From assembly GCA_001788095.1 (NCBI GenBank), contig MFZX01000009.1:185-64184 (forward strand): DNA of 64,000 bases, in the 5' to 3' direction. Source of the stretch: Candidatus Roizmanbacteria bacterium RIFCSPHIGHO2_12_FULL_37_23 (GTDB taxonomy: Bacteria; Patescibacteriota; Microgenomatia; UBA1406; HO2-37-13b). Positions 24,149 through 33,707 of this stretch are shown piece after piece (within the stretch, counting starts at the first letter, position 1; each line of letters opens with the position of its first letter). A model generated the notes under the pieces. The model saw only the letters and a list, made by a program, of their open reading frames with translations, did no database searches and was not told where the DNA came from. A program made the position numbers and the translations under genes.

Positions 24149-24219
24149 TGGACTTACTGGGAATCGAACCCAGAACTCGCCCATGCGAAGGGCGCGGTAT
24201 ACCATTTACCTATAAGCCC
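24149..24219 (-). tRNA. tRNA-Ala (anticodon CGC)
   Basis: Reverse complement GGGCTTATAGGTAAATGGTATACCGCGCCCTTCGCATGGGCGAGTTCTGGGTTCGATTCCCAGTAAGTCCA. G3:U70 identity pair is present and the anticodon loop is TTCGCAT. No encoded CCA. Confidence 0.85.
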
Positions 24220-24257
24220 ATTTTAATTGTGATATTATAGTGTATTATAATATTTTC

Positions 24258-25094
24258 ATGAGAAAACTTATTGTCATTGGTGATTATTGTAGAGATACAG
24301 TGGTTTGTCAAGAAATCCGATCAAGCGTGGATGGATTTCTTAAAAATCAGAAAGAAAGTAAAATATCATTTATCAGTGTAACTCCTTCGACGATTCATAC
24401 AAGCTATGTATTACAGCAAATTGTATTAACAGAAGAAAGATATGGTATTCCCGAGGAAACAGTTTTTTTTGTAAATACTGATCCTCGGATTGAAAGAGAT
24501 AGTTATGCTCCTGAAGCAGAAGGATCTAAAGGAGTCATCATAAAGCTTGTGAGCGGAATATATGTAACTGGGCCGAATTCCGGATTTTGCTTTTCAATGA
24601 TTAAAGAAAGAATTCAAGCAGTATTTACATATGAGCCACTCAGTAAAGGAAGTCAATTTAGATCTCGTGATAATTATCCGCGCATCATAGCACATCTTAT
24701 GGATTATATGGAGGACGAATTAGAGACAGATTCATCAAGCAAAGATATAATTAAAGAGTTAAAAGGTTTTTATGTAGGACACATAGACAATTATGGAAAC
24801 ATTAAAACTACTATAACGCACGAAGATCTTAAAGGGAAATTATCTATTGGAGACGTATCTGTAATTGAGATCAACAATACGAAACAAGAAGCAAAATATG
24901 TAGACAACTTATTTGGAGGACGTGTAGGACAGTTAGTGATTTATCCTGGATCGTCAGGAAGGCCCGATAACCCATACATGGAAATATCTTGTTGGAGCCA
25001 TTTTGGTGATACGAAGCAAGGTGAAGCTGCTAAAACAGGAAAAGATTTTTTTGAAGGTATATCTCCCGGTTCTTCAATTACTATAGATCTTTAA
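24258..25094 (+). CDS. SAM hydroxide adenosyltransferase family protein (DUF62; SAM-dependent chlorinase/fluorinase-like)
   Basis: The N-terminal domain (LIVIGDY...VFFVNTDPR) and the C-terminal GHIDNYGNIKTTI resemble the DUF62 pattern xDxFGNxxTN. I prefer the ATG at 24258 (TATAAT plus 6 nt upstream) over the track GTG at 24240. Confidence 0.55.
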   Translation: MRKLIVIGDYCRDTVVCQEIRSSVDGFLKNQKESKISFISVTPSTIHTSYVLQQIVLTEERYGIPEETVFFVNTDPRIERDSYAPEAEGSKGVIIKLVSGIYVTGPNSGFCFSMIKERIQAVFTYEPLSKGSQFRSRDNYPRIIAHLMDYMEDELETDSSSKDIIKELKGFYVGHIDNYGNIKTTITHEDLKGKLSIGDVSVIEINNTKQEAKYVDNLFGGRVGQLVIYPGSSGRPDNPYMEISCWSHFGDTKQGEAAKTGKDFFEGISPGSSITIDL

Positions 25095-25106
25095 ATGTAT
25101 CTTCCT

Positions 25107-25132
25107 CGTTAACAATGTGAATGTGGTTGGAA
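25107..25132 (-). other. 3' strand of the 16S rRNA flanking processing helix
   Basis: cgttaacaatgtgaatgtggttggaa is complementary to 26777..26802 at 24 Watson-Crick pairs, 1 G-U and 1 mismatch out of 26. Confidence 0.75.
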
Positions 25133-25170
25133 GGCTGCATGCTAAATTTAATATGCATGCAAAAAAATAG

Positions 25171-26687
25171 AAAGGAGGTGATTCACCCGCTCCTTCCAGA
25201 ACGGGTACCTTGTTACGACTTAGTCCCCATCGCCGGTCTTACCCTCCCCCGCAAAAGCAGGGTTCAGGTACTCCCGACTTTGTTGGCTTGACGGGCAGTG
25301 TGTGCAAGAGACAAGAACGTATTCACCGCGGCATGGCTGATCCGCGATTACTACTAATTCCACGTTCATGAGGTCGAGTTTCAGACCTCAATCCCCACTG
25401 AGAGATGGTTTATAGGATTAGCTCCGCGTTACCGTTTAGCAACCCATTGTCCATCTCATTGTAACATGTGTGTCGCCCAGGGCATAAGCGTCATGCTGAC
25501 TTGACGTCTGCCTCTCCTTCCTCCCCGCCATCGGCGGGGCAGTCTCCCGAGATACGTGTAACTCGGGACAAGGGTTACGTTCGTTGTCCCACTTAAGGGC
25601 ACTCCTCACGGAACGAACTGACGACAGCCATGCAACAGCTGTCCTAACGTCCTTGCGGAAAATCCTACTTTCATAAGATCGCCGTTAGGATGTCAAGCCC
25701 TGGTGAGGTGCTACGGTTTGTCTCGAATTAAACCACATGTTCCACTAGTTGTGTGTCTCCCCGCCAATTCCTTTGAGTTTCAACCTTGCGGTCGTACTCC
25801 CCAGGCGGCTCGCTTAACGCGTTAGCTTCGCCACACCCTCTCCCAAAATAAATCGGGAGAAAATGCAACTAGCGAGCATCGTTTAGGGCTAGGACTACCC
25901 GGGTCTCTAATCCGGTTCGCTCCCCTAGCTTTCGTCTTTCAGCGTCAGTTATTTTCCAGAAATCTGCCTTCGCCATTGGTGTTCTTGACGATATCAACGC
26001 ATTTCACTACTCCTCCGTCAATTCCGATTTCCCTAAAAATAACTCTATCCCGATAGTTTTTTCACCTGTTTCAAGGTTGAGCCTTGATCTTTAAACGAAA
26101 ACTTATCGGGACGCCTACAGACCCTTTACGCCCAGTCACACCGGATAACGCTCGTGGCCCCCGTATCACCGACGCTTCTGGCACGAAGTTAGCGGCCACT
26201 TTCTAGTAGGGTACCGTCAATCCGGCATTCGCCGAGACTTCTTCCCCTACCACAGTAGTTTACATCCCAAGAGATTTCTTCCTACACGCGGTGTCGCGTG
26301 GTCAGGCTTTCGCCCATTGCCAACGATTCTTGATTGCTGCCACCCGTAGGTGTGGAGCCCGTGTCTCAGTGCTCCTCTGGCTGATCACCCTCATGAGGTC
26401 AGCTACCCGTCATAGGCTTGGTAGGCTATTACCCCACCAACTACCTGATAGGCCGCAGGCCCCTCTTACGGCGAGCAGTTATGCCCTTTCCAAGTATCTT
26501 GCGACACCTGGGTATAGAGTATTACCCCCGGTTTCCCGAAGCTATTCTCTACCGAAAGGTAGGTTCCTACGTGTTACTCAGCCGTCCGCCACTACCAGAC
26601 AGTGCAAGCACTGTCAGGACGTTCGACTTGCATATCTTAAACACACCGCTAGCGTTCATCCTGAGCCAGGATCAAACTCTTAAATAA
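25171..26687 (-). rRNA. rrs: 16S ribosomal RNA (about 1.5 kb, no large insertion)
   Basis: The reverse complement starts ...AGAGTTTGATCCTGGCTCAG (26680 downward) and ends AAGTCGTAACAAGGTACCC...GAATCACCTCCTTT at 25171. The GGACTACCCGGGTCTCTAAT (806 region) and other universal blocks are visible. Ends are approximate to about 5 nt. Confidence 0.95.
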
Positions 26688-26776
26688 ATATGAATTGCGA
26701 GTTCCCGCTTTCGCTACACTCCAGCGGGACGCTAAAAATTCTTACCTCATTTACATTTGGAAAAAATTTCTAACGA

Positions 26777-26802
26777 TTCCAACCACATTCTCATTGTCAA
26801 CG
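26777..26802 (-). other. 5' strand of the 16S rRNA flanking processing helix
   Basis: ttccaaccacattctcattgtcaacg on the plus strand. See the partner at 25107..25132. Confidence 0.75.
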
Positions 26803-26884
26803 AGCTTGAAAATATACGTTATACTCAATTTAGAATACAGTATAAGTATGAAGTAACTCAATTATATAAGTTTTAACATAAAAG

Positions 26885-27943
26885 TCAACCTGCAAAAACC
26901 ACTCTATTCAATCTTTCTTCCTCTTTCATAAGTTTCTGAAGTCCATGTATAGTTGCATCTTCAGGGTTTGATGCTATAGTTGTAGGAATTTTGATGTCAT
27001 TTGAGATGTATCGATCAATTCCTGGAATTCTTGCAAACTCCCCTGTAAGCACAACACCACTTCTTATAAGTCCGTCAATTACCTCAGGGGGTACTGTTTC
27101 AATAAGTTCTTTCACACTATCTACAATTTGATTCATAGCAACAGCCAATGCTTCCTGCACATCTCTAGAAGTGACTCGAACTGATTTTGGAAGTCCGTTT
27201 TCGAGCGACTTTCCTCTTACTGCAAGCACGCCTTTTTGGTCTGAGAGATTAAATAATTTTACTTTTAAATGCTCCGAAGTTTGTTCTCCAATGATAAGTC
27301 CATATTTTAGATGAAGATAATTATAAATGAGTCTATCCATATGATCTCCCCCAGTTCTTAATACTTTTGAACTCACTATTCCACCCATAGTTATAATTGC
27401 AGCTTCGACTATTCCTGCTCCGAGATCAATAACGAATACGGGTTTATTGGTAAAAATATTATGCCCTGCTCCATATGCTTCTACAATGGGTTTTTCAATA
27501 AGATAAACAGTTTGAAACCCTGCTTTAATAAAGGCTTCTTGAAGTGCTTTTTGTTCCACTTCTGTTGAGGATGTTGGTACAACGGTGTAGCCCACAAGTC
27601 CACGTTTTATGAATGTCCCTTGATAGTAAGGATATACGGCTTTTTTAAGAAATTGTTCCATAAGATATACTGTTGCATCAAAATCTGAAATAATAGAATG
27701 TTCGATAGGTTTAATAACTTTAATATATCCAGGTGCTTTGCCATAAATATCTTTTGCGTCTGTTCCATAAAAGATATATTGACCTGTTTTAGTATTTTGA
27801 CCTACAAATGTAGGTTCACGAAGAACGATTCCCTTATTGTCTATGGCGATCCGAGTCATTGATGTTCCCAAATCTATCCCGATTTTTGTTTTTTGAAAAA
27901 CAAATGGGGAAAGTTTACGTATTTTTGATACAATTGAAATCAT
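26885..27943 (-). CDS. mreB: MreB/actin-like rod-shape protein
   Basis: 352 aa with IGIDLGTS phosphate-1, VIDLGAG phosphate-2, and TGGDHMD motifs. Confidence 0.85.
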   Translation of the reverse strand: MISIVSKIRKLSPFVFQKTKIGIDLGTSMTRIAIDNKGIVLREPTFVGQNTKTGQYIFYGTDAKDIYGKAPGYIKVIKPIEHSIISDFDATVYLMEQFLKKAVYPYYQGTFIKRGLVGYTVVPTSSTEVEQKALQEAFIKAGFQTVYLIEKPIVEAYGAGHNIFTNKPVFVIDLGAGIVEAAIITMGGIVSSKVLRTGGDHMDRLIYNYLHLKYGLIIGEQTSEHLKVKLFNLSDQKGVLAVRGKSLENGLPKSVRVTSRDVQEALAVAMNQIVDSVKELIETVPPEVIDGLIRSGVVLTGEFARIPGIDRYISNDIKIPTTIASNPEDATIHGLQKLMKEEERLNRVVFAG

Positions 27944-30142
27944 ATGAAAATTAATTTTACAACATTATTTTTCAATCTCTACGCACTTCTCTTCTTTGTA
28001 GCACCTCTCTTGATGTTTCATAAAACATCAGAGATTTTTGAATTTAACAAGATGCTCTTTATTTACTTTATGGCATTTATTGTGCTTTCACTATGGATTG
28101 CCAAAATGATTATATACAAAAGATTGATAATAGCAAAAAGTATTTTCACAATACCCTTGCTCATATTTTTAGGATCACAAATATTATCAACAATATTTTC
28201 TATTGATAAGTATACTTCTCTATTTGGGTATTACGGTCGATTTAACGGAGGATTATTATCACTCATTGCCTATATCATTCTTTTTTTTGCATTTATCTCA
28301 AACATAAACTATTCGGAAAAAGCATCTAAATTAATTCGAAAACTTCTTAAGATTTCAATGCTTTCATCTTTTATAGTAATTCTTTGGGGACTTCCAGGGA
28401 AATTCGGCTATGATCTGACATGTTTTGTATTTGGTGGAGGACTCAATGTAGATTGTTGGACAGATCAATTTGAGCCAACAGTGAGAATGTTTTCTACACT
28501 TGGTCAGCCTAATTGGTTAGGAGCATATCTCGCGATTCATTTTTTCATCGGACTTTTCTTTTTCTTAATAGCTAAAAAAAGAGTTAAGTTATATATCTAT
28601 AGTGGGTATTTATTCCTCGTTTTCGTAACTACATTGTTTACCAAATCTCGATCAGCAATTGGAGCAATAGGTGTTGGGCTAGTGTTATTTATGATCTATT
28701 TTTTTTATAAAAAGCGTACATCGGATTTCTTAAAAATTTCTCGTTTGAAGGTCGGAATTCTAACAGCGCTTGTGATTATAGGTTTATTAATTGGCAAAAC
28801 TGGCATTTCTCGTATAGATAAATATATTACTTTTCCAACTAAAGATTCATCAGTAAGTACAGAATCGCTGAAAAATGAAACCGAATCATTAAAACCAGTT
28901 TCAATAGATTCAAACATAACAGATTCATATAAAATTCGTCAGATCGTCTGGCAGGGAGGATATAGTTTAGGACTTCAATATCCACTGTTTGGTACAGGGG
29001 TCGAGACATTTGCATACGCATACAACTTTTCTCGTCCCATGGAGCATAACGCAACATCAGAGTGGAACTATGTATATAACAAAGCCCATAATGAATTTGT
29101 AAATTTTTTCGCGACAACAGGAACCATAGGTCTTCTAAGCTATCTTTTAGTAATAGCTATTGTTTTACTTCAGATAAAAATCGTAATTAATGACAAAAAA
29201 CTAGCAAGAGAAGACGAAATTCTTATAATCGCATTAATTATTGGATATATAACAATATCAATTACAAATTTTTTTGGGTTTTCCACAACAACAATTAACC
29301 TATTTTTCTATCTTATTCCTGCATGGATTTGGATAATACTTTATTCAAATCCATCAACAGAAAAGAGAATAAATATATTTTCTCTCGATAATAATCAAAA
29401 AGCTTATCTAATAGTTCCTACGTTACTTACAGTATGTGGAAGCATATATCTAGTGAGTTATTTTATAGCAGATATTCATTATGCTCGTGGAGAAAACCTC
29501 AGACTGATACAAGACTATGATTCGTCACAGAAAGAGTTATATAGCGCATATAATCTGCGAAAAGAGCATGTATATGCCGATAAAATTTCCGAAGTACTTG
29601 CGCAACAAACTTTTTTAAAAGCTCTTGGTTCCAATCGAACAGATTCAATAATTTGCACGGATCCAACTAACAAAGCAATAAACTGCGTAGACCTTTCTAC
29701 GAAATTCATGCAAGAAGCTCTTAGAAAATCTCCAAAGAATGTTTTTTATATTCGTACGAAAGCCCGTAATAATTTTCTTTATTACCAATCAACTTTAAAT
29801 GAAAAATATTTTGATGAAGCAATCTTAGCCCTTAGAGTAGCTCGAAACCTTGCTCCTACAGACCCGCGCTATCCATACACGCAAGCTCTCTTCCACCTTG
29901 CTCGATTCGAAAATTTATCCAGACCAACCCAAAAAGATAGAAATCTTTTAGACGTTCAAGGAATAGGGTCTGTAAACTTTGCCACTAAATTAAAACCAGA
30001 TTATCGAGAGGCATATCAGATGAAAGGCCTTATACATGCCGCACTCAATCAAAAAGAACAAGCGCGTTCAGCTTTCCAATATATACTCGATCACATCGAT
30101 CCTCAAGATCAACAAGCAAAAGATGAGTTAAAGCAACTTTAA
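27944..30142 (+). CDS. O-antigen-ligase-like (Wzy_C) polytopic membrane protein with C-terminal TPR repeats
   Basis: 732 aa with more than 10 TM segments, the Wzy_C-type loop motif YNKAHNEFVNFFATTGTIGLLSYL, and a soluble TPR-like C-terminal ~230 aa. Confidence 0.7.
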   Translation: MKINFTTLFFNLYALLFFVAPLLMFHKTSEIFEFNKMLFIYFMAFIVLSLWIAKMIIYKRLIIAKSIFTIPLLIFLGSQILSTIFSIDKYTSLFGYYGRFNGGLLSLIAYIILFFAFISNINYSEKASKLIRKLLKISMLSSFIVILWGLPGKFGYDLTCFVFGGGLNVDCWTDQFEPTVRMFSTLGQPNWLGAYLAIHFFIGLFFFLIAKKRVKLYIYSGYLFLVFVTTLFTKSRSAIGAIGVGLVLFMIYFFYKKRTSDFLKISRLKVGILTALVIIGLLIGKTGISRIDKYITFPTKDSSVSTESLKNETESLKPVSIDSNITDSYKIRQIVWQGGYSLGLQYPLFGTGVETFAYAYNFSRPMEHNATSEWNYVYNKAHNEFVNFFATTGTIGLLSYLLVIAIVLLQIKIVINDKKLAREDEILIIALIIGYITISITNFFGFSTTTINLFFYLIPAWIWIILYSNPSTEKRINIFSLDNNQKAYLIVPTLLTVCGSIYLVSYFIADIHYARGENLRLIQDYDSSQKELYSAYNLRKEHVYADKISEVLAQQTFLKALGSNRTDSIICTDPTNKAINCVDLSTKFMQEALRKSPKNVFYIRTKARNNFLYYQSTLNEKYFDEAILALRVARNLAPTDPRYPYTQALFHLARFENLSRPTQKDRNLLDVQGIGSVNFATKLKPDYREAYQMKGLIHAALNQKEQARSAFQYILDHIDPQDQQAKDELKQL

Positions 30143-31440
30143 TTTTCACCGTCAATATACTTTTTACCTAGGAGTTCGTTTAATATATCTACGTAGAGAA
30201 AACCTGCTATTAAAAAGTAATGATTAAAAAAGCTATGGTGTAAAAGGAGGTGAAATGTGAAGAGCGTGAGAGTAATCTTCAGAGCTAGGCCAAGATTTTT
30301 CCTACGAATTAAAGCAAATAAAAGCAAGAGAGTTAATAAAAGCGATACCACGAGATACCCAGATGTATCAACAGAGAACCCTAGGTTTCTCAAAAAAGTA
30401 CTTATAGATAGACTCATATATATGGGTGAGGTATTTTGTGAAGCTGTGAGTGAAAAGAGAGTATCATTTAAAAAAGCTTGAGGGTTAAGCACTAAGAAGT
30501 ATAAAGGCAGCATGAATGGCGCAATAAAAAAGACAATGTTTCTAGATATAATAAGGTGTTTGATTCTTGTGTTTTCAGCGAAGAGAGGCATCAGTATGAT
30601 GAGATGTTGTTTAAATGAGAAGAACAAAGCTAATATTAGGAGCAAGAGTCTTTCTTTACGTAAAACAAATATAAAACAAAATAGGATGTACAAAGCTAAT
30701 ACTATTTGATCGAGAAACATATGTTCAAGCATATAAAAAGATCTCGGGAGAAAAAGAAAACCAGCTACGGCCAGTGCACCAATTTGACTCTTATGGCTTT
30801 TTTTGAACATACTAAAGAGAGCAAAGGCAGCGAGGAGATTAAACCCGATAATAAGATAGCGTGGATCCCCAAGTAGTAGAACAGAAGGAATAGATAAAAC
30901 AAAACTCATCGGTAGAAACGTAAAATATGTGGGGTTGACATTCTGATAGATTTTAGTAAAAGTAATGTCATAAGGATTATTACCCTGTAGTAGTTGTAAT
31001 GGAGCTTCTTTCATCTGAACGAACGCATCTATAATTGGATGAGGTGATGTAGTGATTGTTAATATACTGAGAACAAGATACATAATCAAACTAAATATGA
31101 AGATTTTATTCCCAGAACTACTATGTATATAGTAGTAATAAAAAAGAAATACTACAGTGAATACTTGAATGATTTTTCCAGCCTCGACTGCGATCATTTC
31201 CTGATATAAACCACCATAGTAGAGAGATCCGTAGGTCAAAAGAATAAATATAGTCGCGACAACCAAAGGCTCGTGCTGGATTTTTTCAAATGGTAGTTTA
31301 TTGCGAAAGCTTATATAATAAAACGTTATACTTACGAGAATAAGCAAACTTAATGAAGCAGTGTTGAAAAAACCAAGGTTTGGAGTTATTGCAAAAAAAA
31401 TAATGATAAGGCCGAGAATTTTAATAAGGAAGGACGACAT
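30139..31440 (-). CDS. polytopic membrane protein, GT-C-type glycosyltransferase-like (DUF2029/GT39-like)
   Basis: 433 aa, almost entirely TM helices, with a small loop region. Called from topology and context only. Confidence 0.4.
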   Translation of the reverse strand: MSSFLIKILGLIIIFFAITPNLGFFNTASLSLLILVSITFYYISFRNKLPFEKIQHEPLVVATIFILLTYGSLYYGGLYQEMIAVEAGKIIQVFTVVFLFYYYYIHSSSGNKIFIFSLIMYLVLSILTITTSPHPIIDAFVQMKEAPLQLLQGNNPYDITFTKIYQNVNPTYFTFLPMSFVLSIPSVLLLGDPRYLIIGFNLLAAFALFSMFKKSHKSQIGALAVAGFLFLPRSFYMLEHMFLDQIVLALYILFCFIFVLRKERLLLLILALFFSFKQHLIILMPLFAENTRIKHLIISRNIVFFIAPFMLPLYFLVLNPQAFLNDTLFSLTASQNTSPIYMSLSISTFLRNLGFSVDTSGYLVVSLLLTLLLLFALIRRKNLGLALKITLTLFTFHLLLHHSFFNHYFLIAGFLYVDILNELLGKKYIDGEN

Positions 31441-31478
31441 ATAACCTATTATATAATAGACAACACTAGTAACGATGT

Positions 31479-33707
31479 ATGAAGAATGAAGTTTCTTTTA
31501 AAGATATCTTTTATATAGTTATTTTATCTCTTCTTGTTCTCATTTTTTTCTCAAGACTTTTTTATCCTACGCCTTCTGTCTTTGTGACACCTGAATTTAC
31601 CAGAGGTGATATTACTCATTTTTATCTTCCAATTAAAAAGTCTTTGTCTGAGAGCCTTAGAAATGGTAACTTACCGCTCTGGGAGAAGAATATTGGTACA
31701 GGCTTTCCCCTTCTAGCCGAGAGTCAAGTAAGTCCTTTTTTTGTTCCTAATGCAATTCTTTTTCTTCTTCTACCATATTGGACGGCATTTAATGTGAGTT
31801 TCATTGTTTCATTTCTTATTGCCGCGGTTGGTATGTACTCTTATATGAGAGTTCGAAATCATAGTCGGGAAGCAGCTTTTTTGGCAAGCTTTTCTTTTTC
31901 CTTTTCCGGATTTTTCATTACGCAGTTAAGCCATTTAAACATTGTTCAAGCATCCGCATTTCTACCATGGATTATGTTGATATATGAAAAATATAGTAGA
32001 TCTAATGGAATAAGATATATATTAATTTTCTCGCTGGTTCTTTCTCAGCAGATTTTTGCTGGTCATATTCAGATAACATTCATTATTCTTGTTGGTTTAT
32101 ATTATATGGTTCTCTCCCAAAATGCGCTTTCTCTAAAACAGCGACTAAGACAAGCTAGTATCTTGGCTATTGGGATTATTCTCTCTTTGTTCCTGACATT
32201 AGTCCAAATAGTTCCAACAAAAGAACTGGTCGATTTATCAGTTCGTTCAGGCGGGCTTACGCCCAAAGGCGCAACATTTTTTTCTTTTTCCTATAGACAT
32301 CTATTAACATTTATAGACCCATTTATTTTAGGTAAAATCTCCGATGCCACCTATACTGAATATAGACTAGACCCTGGAAATCTTTTTTGGGAAAATTCTG
32401 GTTATTTTGGCCTTATTCCACTCCTTCTCGTTCTTTTGGCGATTTTATATAAGCGAAAAAGCGTTATAAAACAATCTGTTGTTGGTTGTGGAATAGCTCT
32501 TTTACTTGCGCTTGGAAAATATTCCCCAATATACTTCCTTTTTTCTATTCCTCCACTCACGTTTTTTAGAGTTCCATCACGATTTCTGCTCCTCGCCGTT
32601 TTCTTTTCTACAATTCTCGTTGGTCATGGATTCGATATTCTCACTAAAAGTCTGAAGAAGCAAACACTACGACAATTTATAATTACGTCGACACTGATTT
32701 TATCGGTTCTGCACGTCTTTGTTTTGTGGTATGATTATCATCCTACAATTTCTACCAGAACATGGATAGAGCAACCAGAGCTTGTCAAGTTTATTAAATC
32801 CAGAGAGATACAAGGACGGACATACTCGTCTTTTGTATCTAGATATTGGCGTGAACAATTCATAACACAAGGCTGGAAAAACAACGTCGATTTTTATAAT
32901 TTTGCTCGTAACGAGCTTTCTCCTAACATTAATTTAATGTGGGATATTCCGCATTTTCAATTATATGGCGGTAATGTGTGGATTCGACGATATGTAGAAT
33001 ATGACACAATACTCAGCACTGCTCTATTCGGATTAACAAGTAAAATTGAGAGTGAACATGAAACAGCACAAAAGTTACTTAACGTAAGCAGTATTCAATA
33101 TATCATTTCTGATTCAAAGAGTAATTTTTCCGAGCCTTTGCGACGTGTCAAGGTAATCACTGATGCATCAGGGCAATATTCATACAGTCTTTTTGAGAAT
33201 ACTTCAGTTCTCCCAAGAGCAAGGATGGTATACGATTTCAGAATCGCAAAAACACTCGAAGAGCTATCTGATATTTTTCTGTCGTCTGATTACAATCCTA
33301 GAGAGGAAGTGATTCTTGAGGAGAATATCGATATAAGAGAATCTGACATCCAGATCAAGCCTAGATTCAATGTTCAAACCTTAACAGATGAAAACATGAA
33401 GCTTAGACTTTCTGTGTCAACAAATCAAAATGGGATTTTAGTCCTTGCCGATTCCTACTATCCTGGATGGAAAGCATATATAGATGGGCGTAATGCAACT
33501 ATTTATCCGGCAAATTTGAATCAAAGAGCTATTCTTATTAATAAAGGAAATCATCAAGTTACATTTTCATATGAGCCATCGTGGTTAAAACCGAGCATTA
33601 TAATAAGTGTCTTAGCTCATATTATAATTCTTTCAACAATGTTTCTTCTTCTTTTATCTTCTTCTCGTACCTTTTTTTCCACTTCTCGGCCTCTTGCTCG
33701 TCTTTGA
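31479..33707 (+). CDS. YfhO-family membrane protein (GT-C-like glycosyltransferase)
   Basis: 742 aa with an N-terminal ~430-aa TM bundle, a large extracytoplasmic domain (SYYPGWKAYIDG motif typical of YfhO), and a final TM helix. Confidence 0.6.
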   Translation: MKNEVSFKDIFYIVILSLLVLIFFSRLFYPTPSVFVTPEFTRGDITHFYLPIKKSLSESLRNGNLPLWEKNIGTGFPLLAESQVSPFFVPNAILFLLLPYWTAFNVSFIVSFLIAAVGMYSYMRVRNHSREAAFLASFSFSFSGFFITQLSHLNIVQASAFLPWIMLIYEKYSRSNGIRYILIFSLVLSQQIFAGHIQITFIILVGLYYMVLSQNALSLKQRLRQASILAIGIILSLFLTLVQIVPTKELVDLSVRSGGLTPKGATFFSFSYRHLLTFIDPFILGKISDATYTEYRLDPGNLFWENSGYFGLIPLLLVLLAILYKRKSVIKQSVVGCGIALLLALGKYSPIYFLFSIPPLTFFRVPSRFLLLAVFFSTILVGHGFDILTKSLKKQTLRQFIITSTLILSVLHVFVLWYDYHPTISTRTWIEQPELVKFIKSREIQGRTYSSFVSRYWREQFITQGWKNNVDFYNFARNELSPNINLMWDIPHFQLYGGNVWIRRYVEYDTILSTALFGLTSKIESEHETAQKLLNVSSIQYIISDSKSNFSEPLRRVKVITDASGQYSYSLFENTSVLPRARMVYDFRIAKTLEELSDIFLSSDYNPREEVILEENIDIRESDIQIKPRFNVQTLTDENMKLRLSVSTNQNGILVLADSYYPGWKAYIDGRNATIYPANLNQRAILINKGNHQVTFSYEPSWLKPSIIISVLAHIIILSTMFLLLLSSSRTFFSTSRPLARL

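Noticed and set aside
20436-24240. tRNA-flanked segment (tRNA-Ile to tRNA-Ala: corA, hydrolase, PNPOx-like, pyrD) as a possible genomic island
   Set aside because: There is no integrase, transposase, or direct repeat of a tRNA 3' end, and no visible composition shift. The genes are ordinary metabolic or transport genes.
26291-26687. Two ORFs (130 aa and 89 aa, plus strand) from the six-frame track
   Set aside because: They lie entirely inside the 16S rRNA gene on its antisense strand. The high local GC removes stop codons, and no protein motif is present.
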